A DNA stretch of 64,000 nucleotides from Mobula hypostoma. Taxonomy: Eukaryota. Shown here piece after piece: positions 38,041 through 49,800 of this stretch. The DNA lies in the NCBI RefSeq assembly GCF_963921235.1, contig NC_086108.1, positions 33,730,001 to 33,794,000 on the forward strand, in the 5' to 3' direction. The translations under genes and the position numbers were made by a program. The first letter of the stretch is position 1; each line of letters starts with the position of its first letter. The notes beneath the pieces were generated by a model. It was not told where the DNA came from and did no database searches. It worked only from the letters and a program-made list of their open reading frames with translations.

Positions 38041-40375
38041 CTTTGATGTGTTATCCACAAGTAAGTGACTGAAGTTCCATACTGATACAATATTGTGTAT
38101 TTCAAGAAAAGGGAGAATAACTGATCTTTAAATAGCTATGTTAAGAGAATACTTGCTGATAATTGCATAAACCAAATATACTTATTTTCTATCATCTTTC
38201 TGATTTTTTTTCACAACCCCATGATTGGAAATAGAATGAATCTTTCCTCGATCTGTGAAAAGAACTGTTGTGAGTTTGGAATGTCACTTCAATAAGCAGA
38301 ACAGTTACACTTCTGCATCATGAGTTAGTGCAACAATTTGCAGATTTAGTGACGTATGAAATTATATCAATTGCTTCAAACAGCACACGTTCCTTGACAT
38401 GGTGCGCTACTCTTCAAATAATCTCATTGAATTTTTAAGAATGAAAAAGAATAAAGCACCAATTTTGACAGGACGTTGGAACCTTCATGACTTTGTTTTA
38501 AATCTTTTAATTTTCATCTGCAAGCCAATTTCCAACCATGCCTTCACAAACTAAAAATATTTTTGCCACTTCTTCCAAAATCTTTAGTTAAAAATTCATA
38601 AAAGAAATATAGATCATGTAATTAGTTTAAACCACAGAAGAAAAAATAACTTGTTAGCTAAATATTTGCTGACAATTTTCCATTTATTTACTTGCCAGCC
38701 AAAAGTAACAGGGATTGAATGATCTTTGTGTGTCTCAAATCTGGCCTTTAAAGAATGTCAGTTCTTTGTCACATTTTCAGCAGTTTCTTTGTTAAAACTC
38801 CCGTAAACTGGATGCAAGGTGGAACTACCACAGACCTATCTCCTTTTAATTGTTTACAGCTTGCAGTAAATGAGTCTTCCCTAAATGTAAAAGCTTGGTC
38901 GGTGCAGTCTTGTAAGCAAACTGGAAATCATAAAGTTAAATCCAACATTTTACATAAACAGTTTAGTTTCTCAAAATAGTGTTGTCAGGGTGTTCTATCA
39001 TTGGAGGAGCTGTCTTTACTGTGAGATAGTAAATCAATGATCTGCCTCTTAATTCACATCCATGTAAATAATTCTATAATTTCCTTTGATAAAAAAACTC
39101 TTACTTTCTTCTATAAACATCTCACACACACAATGCTGGAGGAACTCAGCAGGTCTGACAGCATCTATTGAAATGAATAAAAAGTCAACATTTCAGGCAG
39201 ACATCCTTCTTCAGGATTTAGTTTCTTTCCTCAAGCTACCCGGTTGCTGATTATTTGACTGTCTGTCCAGCTACTATTTGTGGGATCTTGATTTTGTTTA
39301 GACAATAACAATTGCACCATTCTAAAAGTGTTTTGTTACCAGTAAAATTCCCTGAAGTATGGACATTTACAGAAAAGGTCACAGCCTGCTTAATTTGTCC
39401 TTGTTAGAAAGGATCTATGCAACTTAACCTCATTTCCCAGTTCCGATCCATAGATTGTGCTTCAAGAGCTCTTCCAGATAACTTTACTGTTTATATCTCT
39501 GATGTCTTTTTCCAGATCCCTACCACACAGAGTGCTTTTAACTATTCAACTTCCCTCAGTTTCTTCTCCAATTTATATCTGAAATTAAATCTAAATTCCT
39601 GGGTTACTGCTCTCTTAGTCAGGGGAAATATGATTCTATGAAATTTCTCCTACCTGTTCACCCATTTGAGGCTTCTGCATTTCAGTCAAATTTCCCCTCT
39701 GTAGCCTTTGGTTATGAGAAAACAACCCCAGCCAAAGAAACACTCCTTACTACAAAATTATCATTTAATTTGAAAATAGTTTTCCACAGTATTATGACAT
39801 CTACCCTGTAGTGTGGTGACTAGAATTCACACAGTTGTCTAAGCCATCTACTGTTTTTTATAGTTCTATTTCATGCTCTTGTGTTGGATGAATAAGGGTA
39901 ACATTCTTTTTTTTGCCCCAGAACAAGTTTTTCTAGCTATTGTCTTCAAGGATCTGCAGATACCTATTCCAAGATCCTTCTATTCCCCGATGCATCTTAT
40001 TATGTCCAATCATTCATTGTCCTCGTCTTGCCTTGTTTGATCTCCCCATCTGCATCCAGATTGAATTCCAGTTGCCACATACCTCTCAACCAGTATGTTG
40101 ATTTATTCTTGCACCTGGCAATCTTCCTAGAATTAATTTCATTGCCTATTTTAACCATGGAGCCACCCATGATGCAAGGGGACAAAACAAGTTCTTTCTC
40201 TCTCGTTATAAATAGATTTGTGAAAAATTACACACAGTTCTTTGAGATAGATGATATTTCATCTGTGTAACCTTAATTCATATGACCATATGACAATGGT
40301 GTGAGGTTGCAATGCCTGTTAAGCGGTGGAGGGTGCTTGCCTCAACCCATAACTTCTCTCCTTCCACAACAAGGG

Positions 40376-41385
40376 ATGCTGGAAATCCAAGCCACACACA
40401 CAAAATGCTGGAGGAACTCAGCAGGCCAGGCAGCATGGATGGAACAAAGTACAGTCGACATTTCAGGCCGAGACCCTTCGGCAGGACTGGAGAAAAGAAG
40501 ATGAGGAGTAGTTTTAAAAGGTGGAGGAGGTGAGGGAGAACACAAGGTGATAGGTGAAATGGGAGGGGGCGGGGTGAAGTAAGGAGTTGGGAAATTGGTG
40601 AAAGAGATACAGGGCTGAGAAGGTGGATTTGATATGTGAGGATAGAAGGCCATGGAAGAAAGCGGGAAGAGCAGCAGAAGGAGGCGATGGGCAGGCAAGG
40701 AGATAAAATGAGAGGAAAAAGGGGATGGGAACTGGTGAAGAAGGGAGCATTACTGGAACCTCGAGAAATTGATGTTCATACCATCAGGTTGGAGGCTACT
40801 CAGACAGAGTATAAGGTGTTGTTCCTCCAACCTGAATGGGCCTCATTGCAGCAGTAGAGGAGGCCTTGGATTGACATATTGGAATGGGAATGCGAAGTGG
40901 AATTAAAATGGGTGGCCACTGGGAGGTCCTGCTTCTTCTGGTGGACAGAGCATAGGTGTTCGGTGAAACGGTCTCCCACTCTACATCGGGTCTCACCGAC
41001 ATACAGGAGGCCACACCGGAAGCACCGGACAGCGTATATGACTCCAACAGACTCACAGGTGAAGTGTCGCCTCACCTGGAAGGACTGTTTGGGGTCCTGG
41101 ATGGTAGTGAGGGAGGAGGTGTAGTACTTGTTCTGCTTGCAAGGATAAGTGCCAGGAGGGAGATCAGTGGGGAGGGACAAATGGACAAGGGAGTTGTGTA
41201 GGGAGCGATCCCTGAGGAAAGCAGAAAGTGGTGGGGGGGGGGGCAGGGAAAGATGTGCTTGGTTGTGAGATCCTGTTGGAGATTCCGGAGAATTATGTGC
41301 TGGATGTGGAGGCTGGTGGGGTGGTAGGTGAGGACAAGAGGAAGCCTATCCCTGGTATGGTGGCAGGAGGATGGGGCAAGAAGGG
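40376..41385 (-). mobile_element. Penelope-like element (PLE) 3' part: GIY-YIG endonuclease plus pLTR
   Basis: ORF 40800..41180(-) FTCESVGVIYAVRCFRCGLLYVGETRCRVGDRFTEH...VATHFN is a PLE-type GIY-YIG. The pLTR at 40376-40490 has a degenerate hammerhead (CTGCCGA...GAAATGTC). Confidence 0.92.
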
Positions 41386-41552
41386 TCTGATGCTATGCTG
41401 TACTATTCTATGGAATAATTGGCAAGATTTTTGTTAATCATTATGAGAGTACAATTGCATATGCTTACAGTTGCAAAACAGTTGAAATTGTTTGATGGAT
41501 TGGTGGGGACTAACGATGGATAGGTTACTTTAAAAACAGTAAATTGAAATGT

Positions 41553-41858
41553 GGGCACATGGCCAAGTGGTTAAGGCATTCAACTAGCCATCTGAAGGTC
41601 GTGATTTCGAGCCCCAGCTGAGGCAGCGTGTTGTGTCTTTGAGCAAGGCACTTAACCACACAGTGCTCTGCGACGACACTGGTGCCAAGCTGTATCGGAC
41701 CTTGCCCTTCCCTTGGACAACATTGGTGTCATGGAGAGGGGAGACTTGCAGCATGGGCAACTGCCGGTCTTCCATACAACCTTGCCCAGGCCTGTGCCCT
41801 GGAGAGTGAAGACTTTCCAGGCACAGATCAATGGTCTCTCAAGACTAACAGATGCCTT
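41553..41858 (+). mobile_element. tRNA-derived CORE-like SINE
   Basis: A-box tggccaagtgg, B-box-like gatttcgagccc, CORE-like tgtgtctttgagcaaggcacttaacc. Degenerate flanking repeat aaacagtaaattgaaa / aaacaaaaattgaaa. Confidence 0.75.
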
Positions 41859-42299
41859 AAACAAAAATTGAAAGAGTGGGAAAGGAAATTGAATGGTTGG
41901 ATAAGCTAACAGCTTTGGCTCCTTGGTAGTATTTGTTGCTGTGCCCAGAGTGTTGCCAGTCTGTTGGTTTTAGTTGCACTGTGCCAGGGATGTCGTACCC
42001 AGGTAGACATGAAGGGTCACAGGTTTATTTGAAGAGTAAGCTGACTCTCTGACCAGTTGAACTTCCAGTCTCTGATACACCATGGCAATTCTCATATGGG
42101 GGAATGAGATGGAAAACCAGCAAATCCTATATCTAGTCACAAGTAAGAGACACAAATCAGATTTATATACTTAAAACACAACAATAATTTTCTAAATTTG
42201 AATACATTTACAATTTGCATTTATATAACACATTGAAGATATTAAAATGATTTGTATTGAAGTGAATTGATTGAAAATTCATAAATGCAGCTGAAGAAA

Positions 42300-42545
42300 A
42301 TAACTGGCATTTTGCCCCAGAGCTTTCAAGAATGTCCCAAAGTACTTTACAGTCAATGAAACACACTTAAAGTATTGATACTGTTGCAGTGAAATAATGC
42401 AATCAGTTTTCATGCAGAAAGATCTTACAATCAGCAATTAAATAAATTCTAAATGCTAGCTGCAGGCTAAGTATTGGTCAAGTCAGGGGATTAGGAGACT
42501 CAACTTACTCTTCAAATAAATCTGTCACCCTTCATGTCTCTAAAA
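42300..42545 (-). mobile_element. Ancient Deu-domain SINE (AmnSINE/SacSINE-like), highly diverged
   Basis: aatgtcccaaagtactttacagtcaatgaa...actgttgcag...agatcttacaatcagcaat...tattggtcaag...ctcttcaaata follows my recollection of the Deu-SINE consensus. Similar remnants at ~39000-39350(+) and ~51355-51540(-). Confidence 0.45.
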
Positions 42546-45149
42546 CAATGACTTTCTTCTCATCTTTTAGTAACATTGTAAAACTTCATTTGTGTACGGC
42601 ATCCCTGGCATAATGCAACTGAAGGCCAACAGACTGGACACACTCTGGAAACAACAACAAATACTGCCAAGGAGCTAAAGCTGTTAGCTTATTCCAACCA
42701 TTTAATTTCCTTTCCCACACTTTCAATTTACTGCTTTTAATATAACCTATCCACTGATAATCCCTACCAATCTATCAAATACATCAGTTTTGGAACTGTA
42801 AGCATATGGATTTATATTTTCACAATGATTAACAAAAACCTTGCCAATTATTCCAATTGTGTCCAAACATTAGAAGAGTACAGCACAGCAACAGATCCTT
42901 CAGCCTACGATGGTTCAGTAGAACGATTCTGGATAGCTAAGTGAAGACTGTAATTGGTAGCTTACAACTATGACATTAGATTTTATAATGCATTCTAGTC
43001 AAATAATTTCAAAGTGCTAAACTCTGAAATTAAAAACATTATAATAAATGTATTTTCTATGAATATTTATTCAAATAATTAGATAAATCTAAAGTTCTTA
43101 TTTTTAATGTCATCTTTTTAAAATGAGGAGATGGGGATTTAATTTCTAAATGTATAAGCTGCAAATGACTATTTCTGCAATATATATTAAATCACTTATT
43201 TTTAAATCTCTAAAGTAATGACATTCTTCTTATATTTTAGTAATGTTGTATAAACCTTATTTGTAAAATAATAAAAAAGGGATTGATGGCGTACACTTTG
43301 TGAAGAAAGCATTTGGTAATGGGCAGAAGCTATCTTTGTGTAATTTCTAGCTTTAAAATTACTATTTGCTCTGTAGCCAAGCTGCATGTGGTACAAGTTG
43401 TGGCCCGTTCGACATGTCTTCCCAGTCACGGTATTATAGCCCCTGCTCTCTATGTAAAGCTCCTTGTCCAATTCCCTCTATTGCATGCCATGCTTTTTTG
43501 CCAGCAGCGCTGAAGCAAGCCTTTCTATGGCTCATGTAAATCTTCCTCTGCCTTCCAAAATCAAGAACAATTGTCTCCGTTTCAAAACTGTAAATAAACA
43601 AACCAAACCTTACTCAAACTCTTCTCTGAGATGGAGGGCATGTTTGTCTCTCTTGCCAGAAAGTAAAGACTATGGTATATGGAACCAATTCAACATGATA
43701 TATTCTCCAGTAACTGACAGACAGTAAGTATAAATTCATATTTGCTTGTGACAGTAAAGGAGGCCATTGAGCCCACTGAGTTACTTTTGGCTCTCAGAGC
43801 GATTGCACAAATCATGTAGCCCACGTTCTTCTGTAAGCGCAATGAGCCCGTTAACTCTCTGGGTAAGGAGTAATATAACAGCGGTCTCTGACAAACAAGT
43901 TAATGGTAATAATTGTCTTCTTGACTCAAGTGAAATGGCTAGGAGAGGGAAATGGGAATAAACTAGCCCTGTAGGATGAAGAGCCAAGATTAATTTTGAT
44001 ACACAAACATCTGCTCACCCACTATTCATTTACTATTATTAAAACCTGAACACAGTCCTATGCAGGAAAAATGGCCATATGTTTCTCATATTTCCTTGAG
44101 CTGTAGAAGGAAGTCTTAAGGAAATATAACTCTATTGCAGTTCTCTGGGTACGCTGATCAGTCCCATTCCTCCCGTTTCCCCCCCCCCCGCCACCTGTTC
44201 TTTCTTACATGCCCATCAACTACCTTTGATTCTCCTGTCACCCTCCCACAGGAAGGGCAGTTAATCTGGAAGCACACAGTTTAGACATGGGAGAAATCCT
44301 ACATGGTGCTAACTCCAACACATAGTGTCTAAGGTCAGGTTTGAACTGAGTCCTGGCGTTGAAGTCCTGTCTGTGTGCAAGAGTGGGTGGGTAGGATAGG
44401 GGCCGGTTTTGCTGCAGTTGGTGTTGTTGCTTATGCTGTGATGCTAAACATTGTGGGCATACTATGTTGGCAGCAGAATGTCTGGCAACACGTGTGGGCT
44501 GCTCCCAGCACATCCTTAGGTCGCCTTGGTTGTTAGTGTCAACCATACATGCGCTGTGTTTCAATGTATATGTGGTAAATCGAGGAATTGGAATCTGAAT
44601 CAGGGAGCCTTTGCTTTTACCACTGCACAAGGGCGGAGTTAGTGTTAGCAGCTTTCCTTACTTACTGCTTTTGACTGACACGGATCTGTGAATACAAAGG
44701 AGTTTAGTAATGACAAGTCAGATACTCCGTGAGTTAAGTTTTCACATCAAATACATTTTTAATAATTAATTGATAAGCTCTTCCTTTTTTCCCTAGCAAC
44801 TTGTTATAATTCCAAATGTATCCTTTGTGATTCAGTGTGTCGCATTGTTTTATACTTTCTAGCCAAATAAAGATTTCTGAAAAGATTAATGCATTAGATG
44901 AAGGCAGAGAAGGAATCTGTTGGCTTCCAGTTCCCCCATAGATAACATTGACCTAAGCCAGTAACTGCAGAGTGAGTGGATTTCAGGATTCAGCAGCCAC
45001 CTGCCTAGCAAGTGGGCTCCACCATCACGGAGTTGTCAGCACCCCACGTGCAGATCAAAGTTAAAGTCAAAGTGCATTTATTACGAAAGCATTTATTCGG
45101 CATACAAGCCTGAGGTTCGTTCCTAAGTTGTATATTGAAGGCTGTAATC

Positions 45150-45405
45150 GGCATGGCAATGTAGTGGTTAGCACAGCGCTTCACAGTACCAGTGACCTGG
45201 GTTCAATTCTCACCGCTGCCTGTAAGGAGTTTGTACGTTCTCCCCGAGACTGTGTGGGCTTCCTCTCACAGTCCAAAGATGTACTGGTTGGTAGGTTAAA
45301 TGGTCATTGTAAATTCACCTGTGATTAGGCAAGGGTTAAATTGGGGGTTGCTGGTGGCAAGGCTCGAGGGGCCTGTCCTGCGCAGTATCTCATTAATAAA
45401 AAATA
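45150..45405 (+). mobile_element. tRNA-derived SINE
   Basis: gtagtggttagc A-box, gggttcaattct B-box, A-rich tail aataaaaaataaa. Confidence 0.8.
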
Positions 45406-46929
45406 AACCATACGTTGGAACCTTTCTGCACATACATGTGGCAAAACTGACCCAAACCTAAAGCAAGATGGAATTGATCACACAGTAAAATTATGGTGAG
45501 AGATCATATCAAGGCACTAGTGAAACTAATTCTACATTTGTGAAAATCCTATTAACAGAATACATATCAGAAGCAGCTACAAATCCAATACCGAAGAATC
45601 TTATAAACACAATAAGGCAAACAGAGAAACAGTGCTAAGAGTTTGTGACTAGGTAACACAATGTTAACTTTGGAGTTTCCCACTTGGTCATTGAAAGTAG
45701 TAGCATGGAAAACTTGCAGCTGGCTACAGTGCAAACTCCAGAGCTGCTCCTGCTGCTGGCGATCGTTTGATTATGCCTGCCATGCAAACAGCAAAAAAGT
45801 TGTACTTTACCTCAAATTTTTTCCCACATCACATCGGTTTTTAATACCAATGCCTCTCTGCAATTAGGATTATATTTTAAAAAGTTTGCTCTTATTTTTG
45901 TTTGCTCTTAAAGAGCTATGCTTTATTGAAACATGCTTATTTTAAAAATAATAAAATTGCCAAGTTTAAGCAAGATACTGGTGGTCCGGTAGAGAGCTAT
46001 CACAAAGGATTTACAAAAAAAATAACATACCTTTATGAAGAAGAACACTTCCCTCAACACAAGTGCCTAGATAATATATAGATATGTCTTTCTTTGTCTG
46101 TGTATCTTCACCAGTCTGCTCTTGGTCTGAAGTTTCTTAGAATTCCCTGATTTCTCTGTCATGAACGAAGCTGATGTAAGATACCTACAAAAAAAACTAA
46201 CATTCTGGGCATTCTTGGGAGTCAGCCAGGGATCCCAGAATTCCCTGAGAAGCACAGGCTGTTTCAATTAGAAGCACTGACTATAACCAATTGCAGCAGT
46301 TTAGACTTATTTCTACTGGCTCAAGGGACACTACATATTACTGACAACAAGGACTGAATGAAAAGTTCTATCAGCCCTGAAGTCATGCAGGAGGTCTTCT
46401 TTCTGTTATAACTTGTCCAAAAGAGAAACCATAGCAACTCCCAGAAGCAGGAAGTGACACTGCAGGGCACCATTGTATCTCTATTTTTTAATTGGGTAGT
46501 CTTTGGAAATATCACAGAAAGTTTCTGACTTCTTCTCCCAGGATATATTGATGGGAAACAATCTGCTTTTAGTTATGCAAATTACATCAGAAATTCAATC
46601 GGAATGTTTCTTTTTTTCTTCATTTCACTGTAAATGAAAAAGAACTTATTTCAGAGTGAAAAGGGGCACCGACATTCTGTTGCTTTGTCTCAGATCATAC
46701 TGATTCGACTTCTTCAGGGTACCTCCTCACACAGATACATTGAGTTCCTCCAGCAGATTGTTTGTGCTCCAGATTCCAACATCTGCAGTGTCTCATGTTT
46801 CCAAGGCTACCTGGCCGTTACTCTTCGCCACACAATGATCCTTTTCGAACAGTACAGGGAAACTCAGTTGTCCTGAACTGAACCTTGTTGTCGCAGCTGA
46901 GGCAACCCAAGAGGAAGAAATCTCATCAA

Positions 46930-47525
46930 TGAGTCAGTTCTCATTAGAGGATCAGAAGGGGAGAAGATAAGTAACTTCACATTTCTGTGTGTTATCATAA
47001 CATAGGATCTGTCCTGGGACCAGCACTTAAGAGCCATTACAAACAGTATCTCTATTTTCTTAGAAGTTTGTGTAGATTCGGCATGTCATCTGAAACTTTG
47101 ACAAACTTCTATAGAAGTACAGTAGAGAGTATCCTGACATGTTGCATGACAGTCTGGTATGGAAACGCCAATGCCTAAGAATGGAAAAGTCTACAAGAAG
47201 TGGAGGATACAGCTCAGTTCATCACAGGCAAAGCCTGCCCTACCAAGGAGCGCTACTACAAGAAACCAGTATCCATCATCAAGGACCCAAGCCCCAACCC
47301 CACCGTCCAGGCCATGCTCTTTTCTTGCTGCTGCCATCGGGAAAGAGGTAGAGGAGCATAGTTTGTCTCTTTTACACATTGTTTGCTTAGCAGTCTTTGT
47401 GTTTAACTTTCATTGATTACATTGTATTTCTTTGTTCTACTGTGAATGTCTGCTAGAAAATAAATCTCAAGTTAGTATATTGTGACATATATGTGCATTG
47501 ATAATAAATTTCATTTCAACTTTGA
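46930..47525 (+). mobile_element. Rex1/Babar-clade LINE 3' fragment
   Basis: ORF 46987..47178 LYFLRSLCRFGMSSETLTNFYRSTVESILTCCMTVWYGN; HRPGHALFLLLPSGKR. Confidence 0.85.
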
Positions 47526-48185
47526 TCTAAGGTTCCCCAACATATTTCTGAAGGTAATTTGGTCTGAAAACTTTGTCGGCTAGGTTCTTTAAAATCCCTA
47601 AGATATCTTTCTGACTGTCCCCATCTGCATGGCATTGAGCCCCTCCTTCAAGAATACTCCCTTCACAATCGATGCTCTGAATAATCAGGCCATGCCTTCC
47701 TGACTCTCCAGTCCCTTGACATTCTCATCCACCCAGACATCCAGTCCTCCAATTTGCTTATGAATTTGATCCTGGGAGGCTATCCCCATGCATGACTGGT
47801 CATTGCTCCTGATCCTGGGAATTGCTTTGGAATCCATGCCCTGTAATTCAACACATTCCAAGACTCCATCCCTAATCATCAACCAGGATTCTGGGACCCT
47901 CCCAAAAACTTGGCCAAAACCAATTTAAATCACTCTCACCTTCAACCTTTGGCCACCATCCATCCCAAAATGAGGCCTGGCATTGGTCCCGAATCCTGGA
48001 ATTCTTGCAGTATAACTTGAGAGTATTTAAAATTCTTGAAAGACTTACTTTGAATTCTTAAGCATGTGAAATTGCATTTGGTTATGTCTATTTGAATTAG
48101 ATAGAATTGAGTTTATTATCTCTGACAAATGTCATGAAATTTGTTGTTTTGCAGCAGCGATACAGTGCAAGACATAAAAATCCCC

Positions 48186-49800
48186 ATAAGACCATAAGAC
48201 ATTGGAGCAGAATTAGGTCCTTTGTCCCATTGAGTCTGCTCTGCCCTTTAATAATGGCTGATGCTCTTTTCCCTTCCTCAATCCCACTCTCCGGCATTCT
48301 CCCCTTAACCTTTTATGCCGAGTCCAATCAAGAACCTATGAAGCTTTGCCTTAAATACATTCATCATCCTGGCCTCCACAACAGTCGGTGGTAATAAATT
48401 CCACAAGTTCACCATACTCTGGCTAAAGAAATTTCTCTGCATCTCTATTTTAAATGGACACCCTTCCATCCCGAGGCTGTCCTAGACTTGTCCTAGACTC
48501 CCACACCATGGGAAACATCCTTCCTAAATCTACTCTGTCTCAGACATTCAAAATTTAGTTTTGATGAGATCCCCCATCATCCTTCTAAATTCCAGCAAGT
48601 ATATACATAGAGCCATCAATTGTTCCTCATATGATAAACCTTTCATTCCCAGAATCATTCTTGTGAGTCTCCGCTGGACTCTCTCCAATGCCAGCACATC
48701 TTTTCTTAGATGATGAGACCAAAACTGTTCACAATAATCAAGGTGAGGCCTCACCAGTGCTTTATAAAGCCTCAGCGTCACATCCTTGCTCTTGTATCCT
48801 AGACCTCTTGAGGTGAATGCTAACATTACATTTGCCGACCTCACCACCAACTCTACCTGCAAGTTAACCTTGAGGGAGTTCTGCACAAGAACTCCTGAGT
48901 CCCTTTGCATCTCAGATTTTTAGATTTTCTCCCCATTTAGAAAATAGTCTGCATATTTATTTCTACTACCAAAGTGCATGATTGTGCATTATCCAACATT
49001 GTATTTCATTTACCACTCTCTTGCCCATTCTCCTAATCTGTCTAAGTCCTTCTGAAACCTACCTATTTCCTCAACACTACATTAGCTTTGACTTCCCTTG
49101 TCAGCCACAGTTGTACTATTTTGCCATTTCAGTATTTCTTTGTTTTTGGAATACATCTATCCTGCACCTTCCTCATTTTCCCAGAAACATGTGCCATTTC
49201 TGTTCTGCTGTCATCATTGCCAGCATATCCTTCCAATTTACTTTGGCGAACTCTTCTCTCATACCACTGTAATTTCCTTTACTCCACTGAGATACTGCTA
49301 TATCAGAATTTACTTTATCCCTGTCAAATTTAAGTTGAACTCAACCATATTGTGATCACTGCCTCCAAAGGGTTCTTTCATCTTAAGCTCCCTAATCACC
49401 TCCGGTTCAATACATAACACCCAATCCAGTATAGCTGATCCCCTAGTAGGCTCAACAACAAACTGCTCTGAAAAGCCATCCCATAGGCATTCAACTAGTT
49501 CACTCTCTTGGAATCCATTTCCAACCTAATTACTGCAATTACTGTATGTCCTATCTTCTGCCTGCCCCTCCTGACAATCTGACTGCACACCATCTTTGCT
49601 CTTTTACCATCTATCCTATCCAGAGTCCCTTCACTCTTGTTTCCACACCCACCCCTACCAAATTAGTTTAAACTCTCTCCAACTGCTCTAACAAACCTGC
49701 CCGTGAGGATATTGGTAGCCCTTGGGTTCAGGTGCAACACATCACTTTTGAACATGTCATGCCTCCCCCAGAAGAGATCCCAATGATCCACGAACCTGAA
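48186..49800 (-). mobile_element. CR1 LINE with internal deletions, inserted in a Rex1-type 3' end (48100-48185 / 49860-50110)
   Basis: (ataagacc)n tail. ORF 48548..48910(-) LYKALVRPHLDYC. Jumps at ~49080 from late RT to the APE-RT linker. Confidence 0.88.

Noticed and set aside
41553..41625. tRNA gene
   Set aside because: No closed acceptor stem; runs directly into a CORE-like SINE body.
47760..48005. Recurring gatcctggga-like decamers
   Set aside because: Four loose copies at irregular spacing; probably a decayed minisatellite, with no function supportable.
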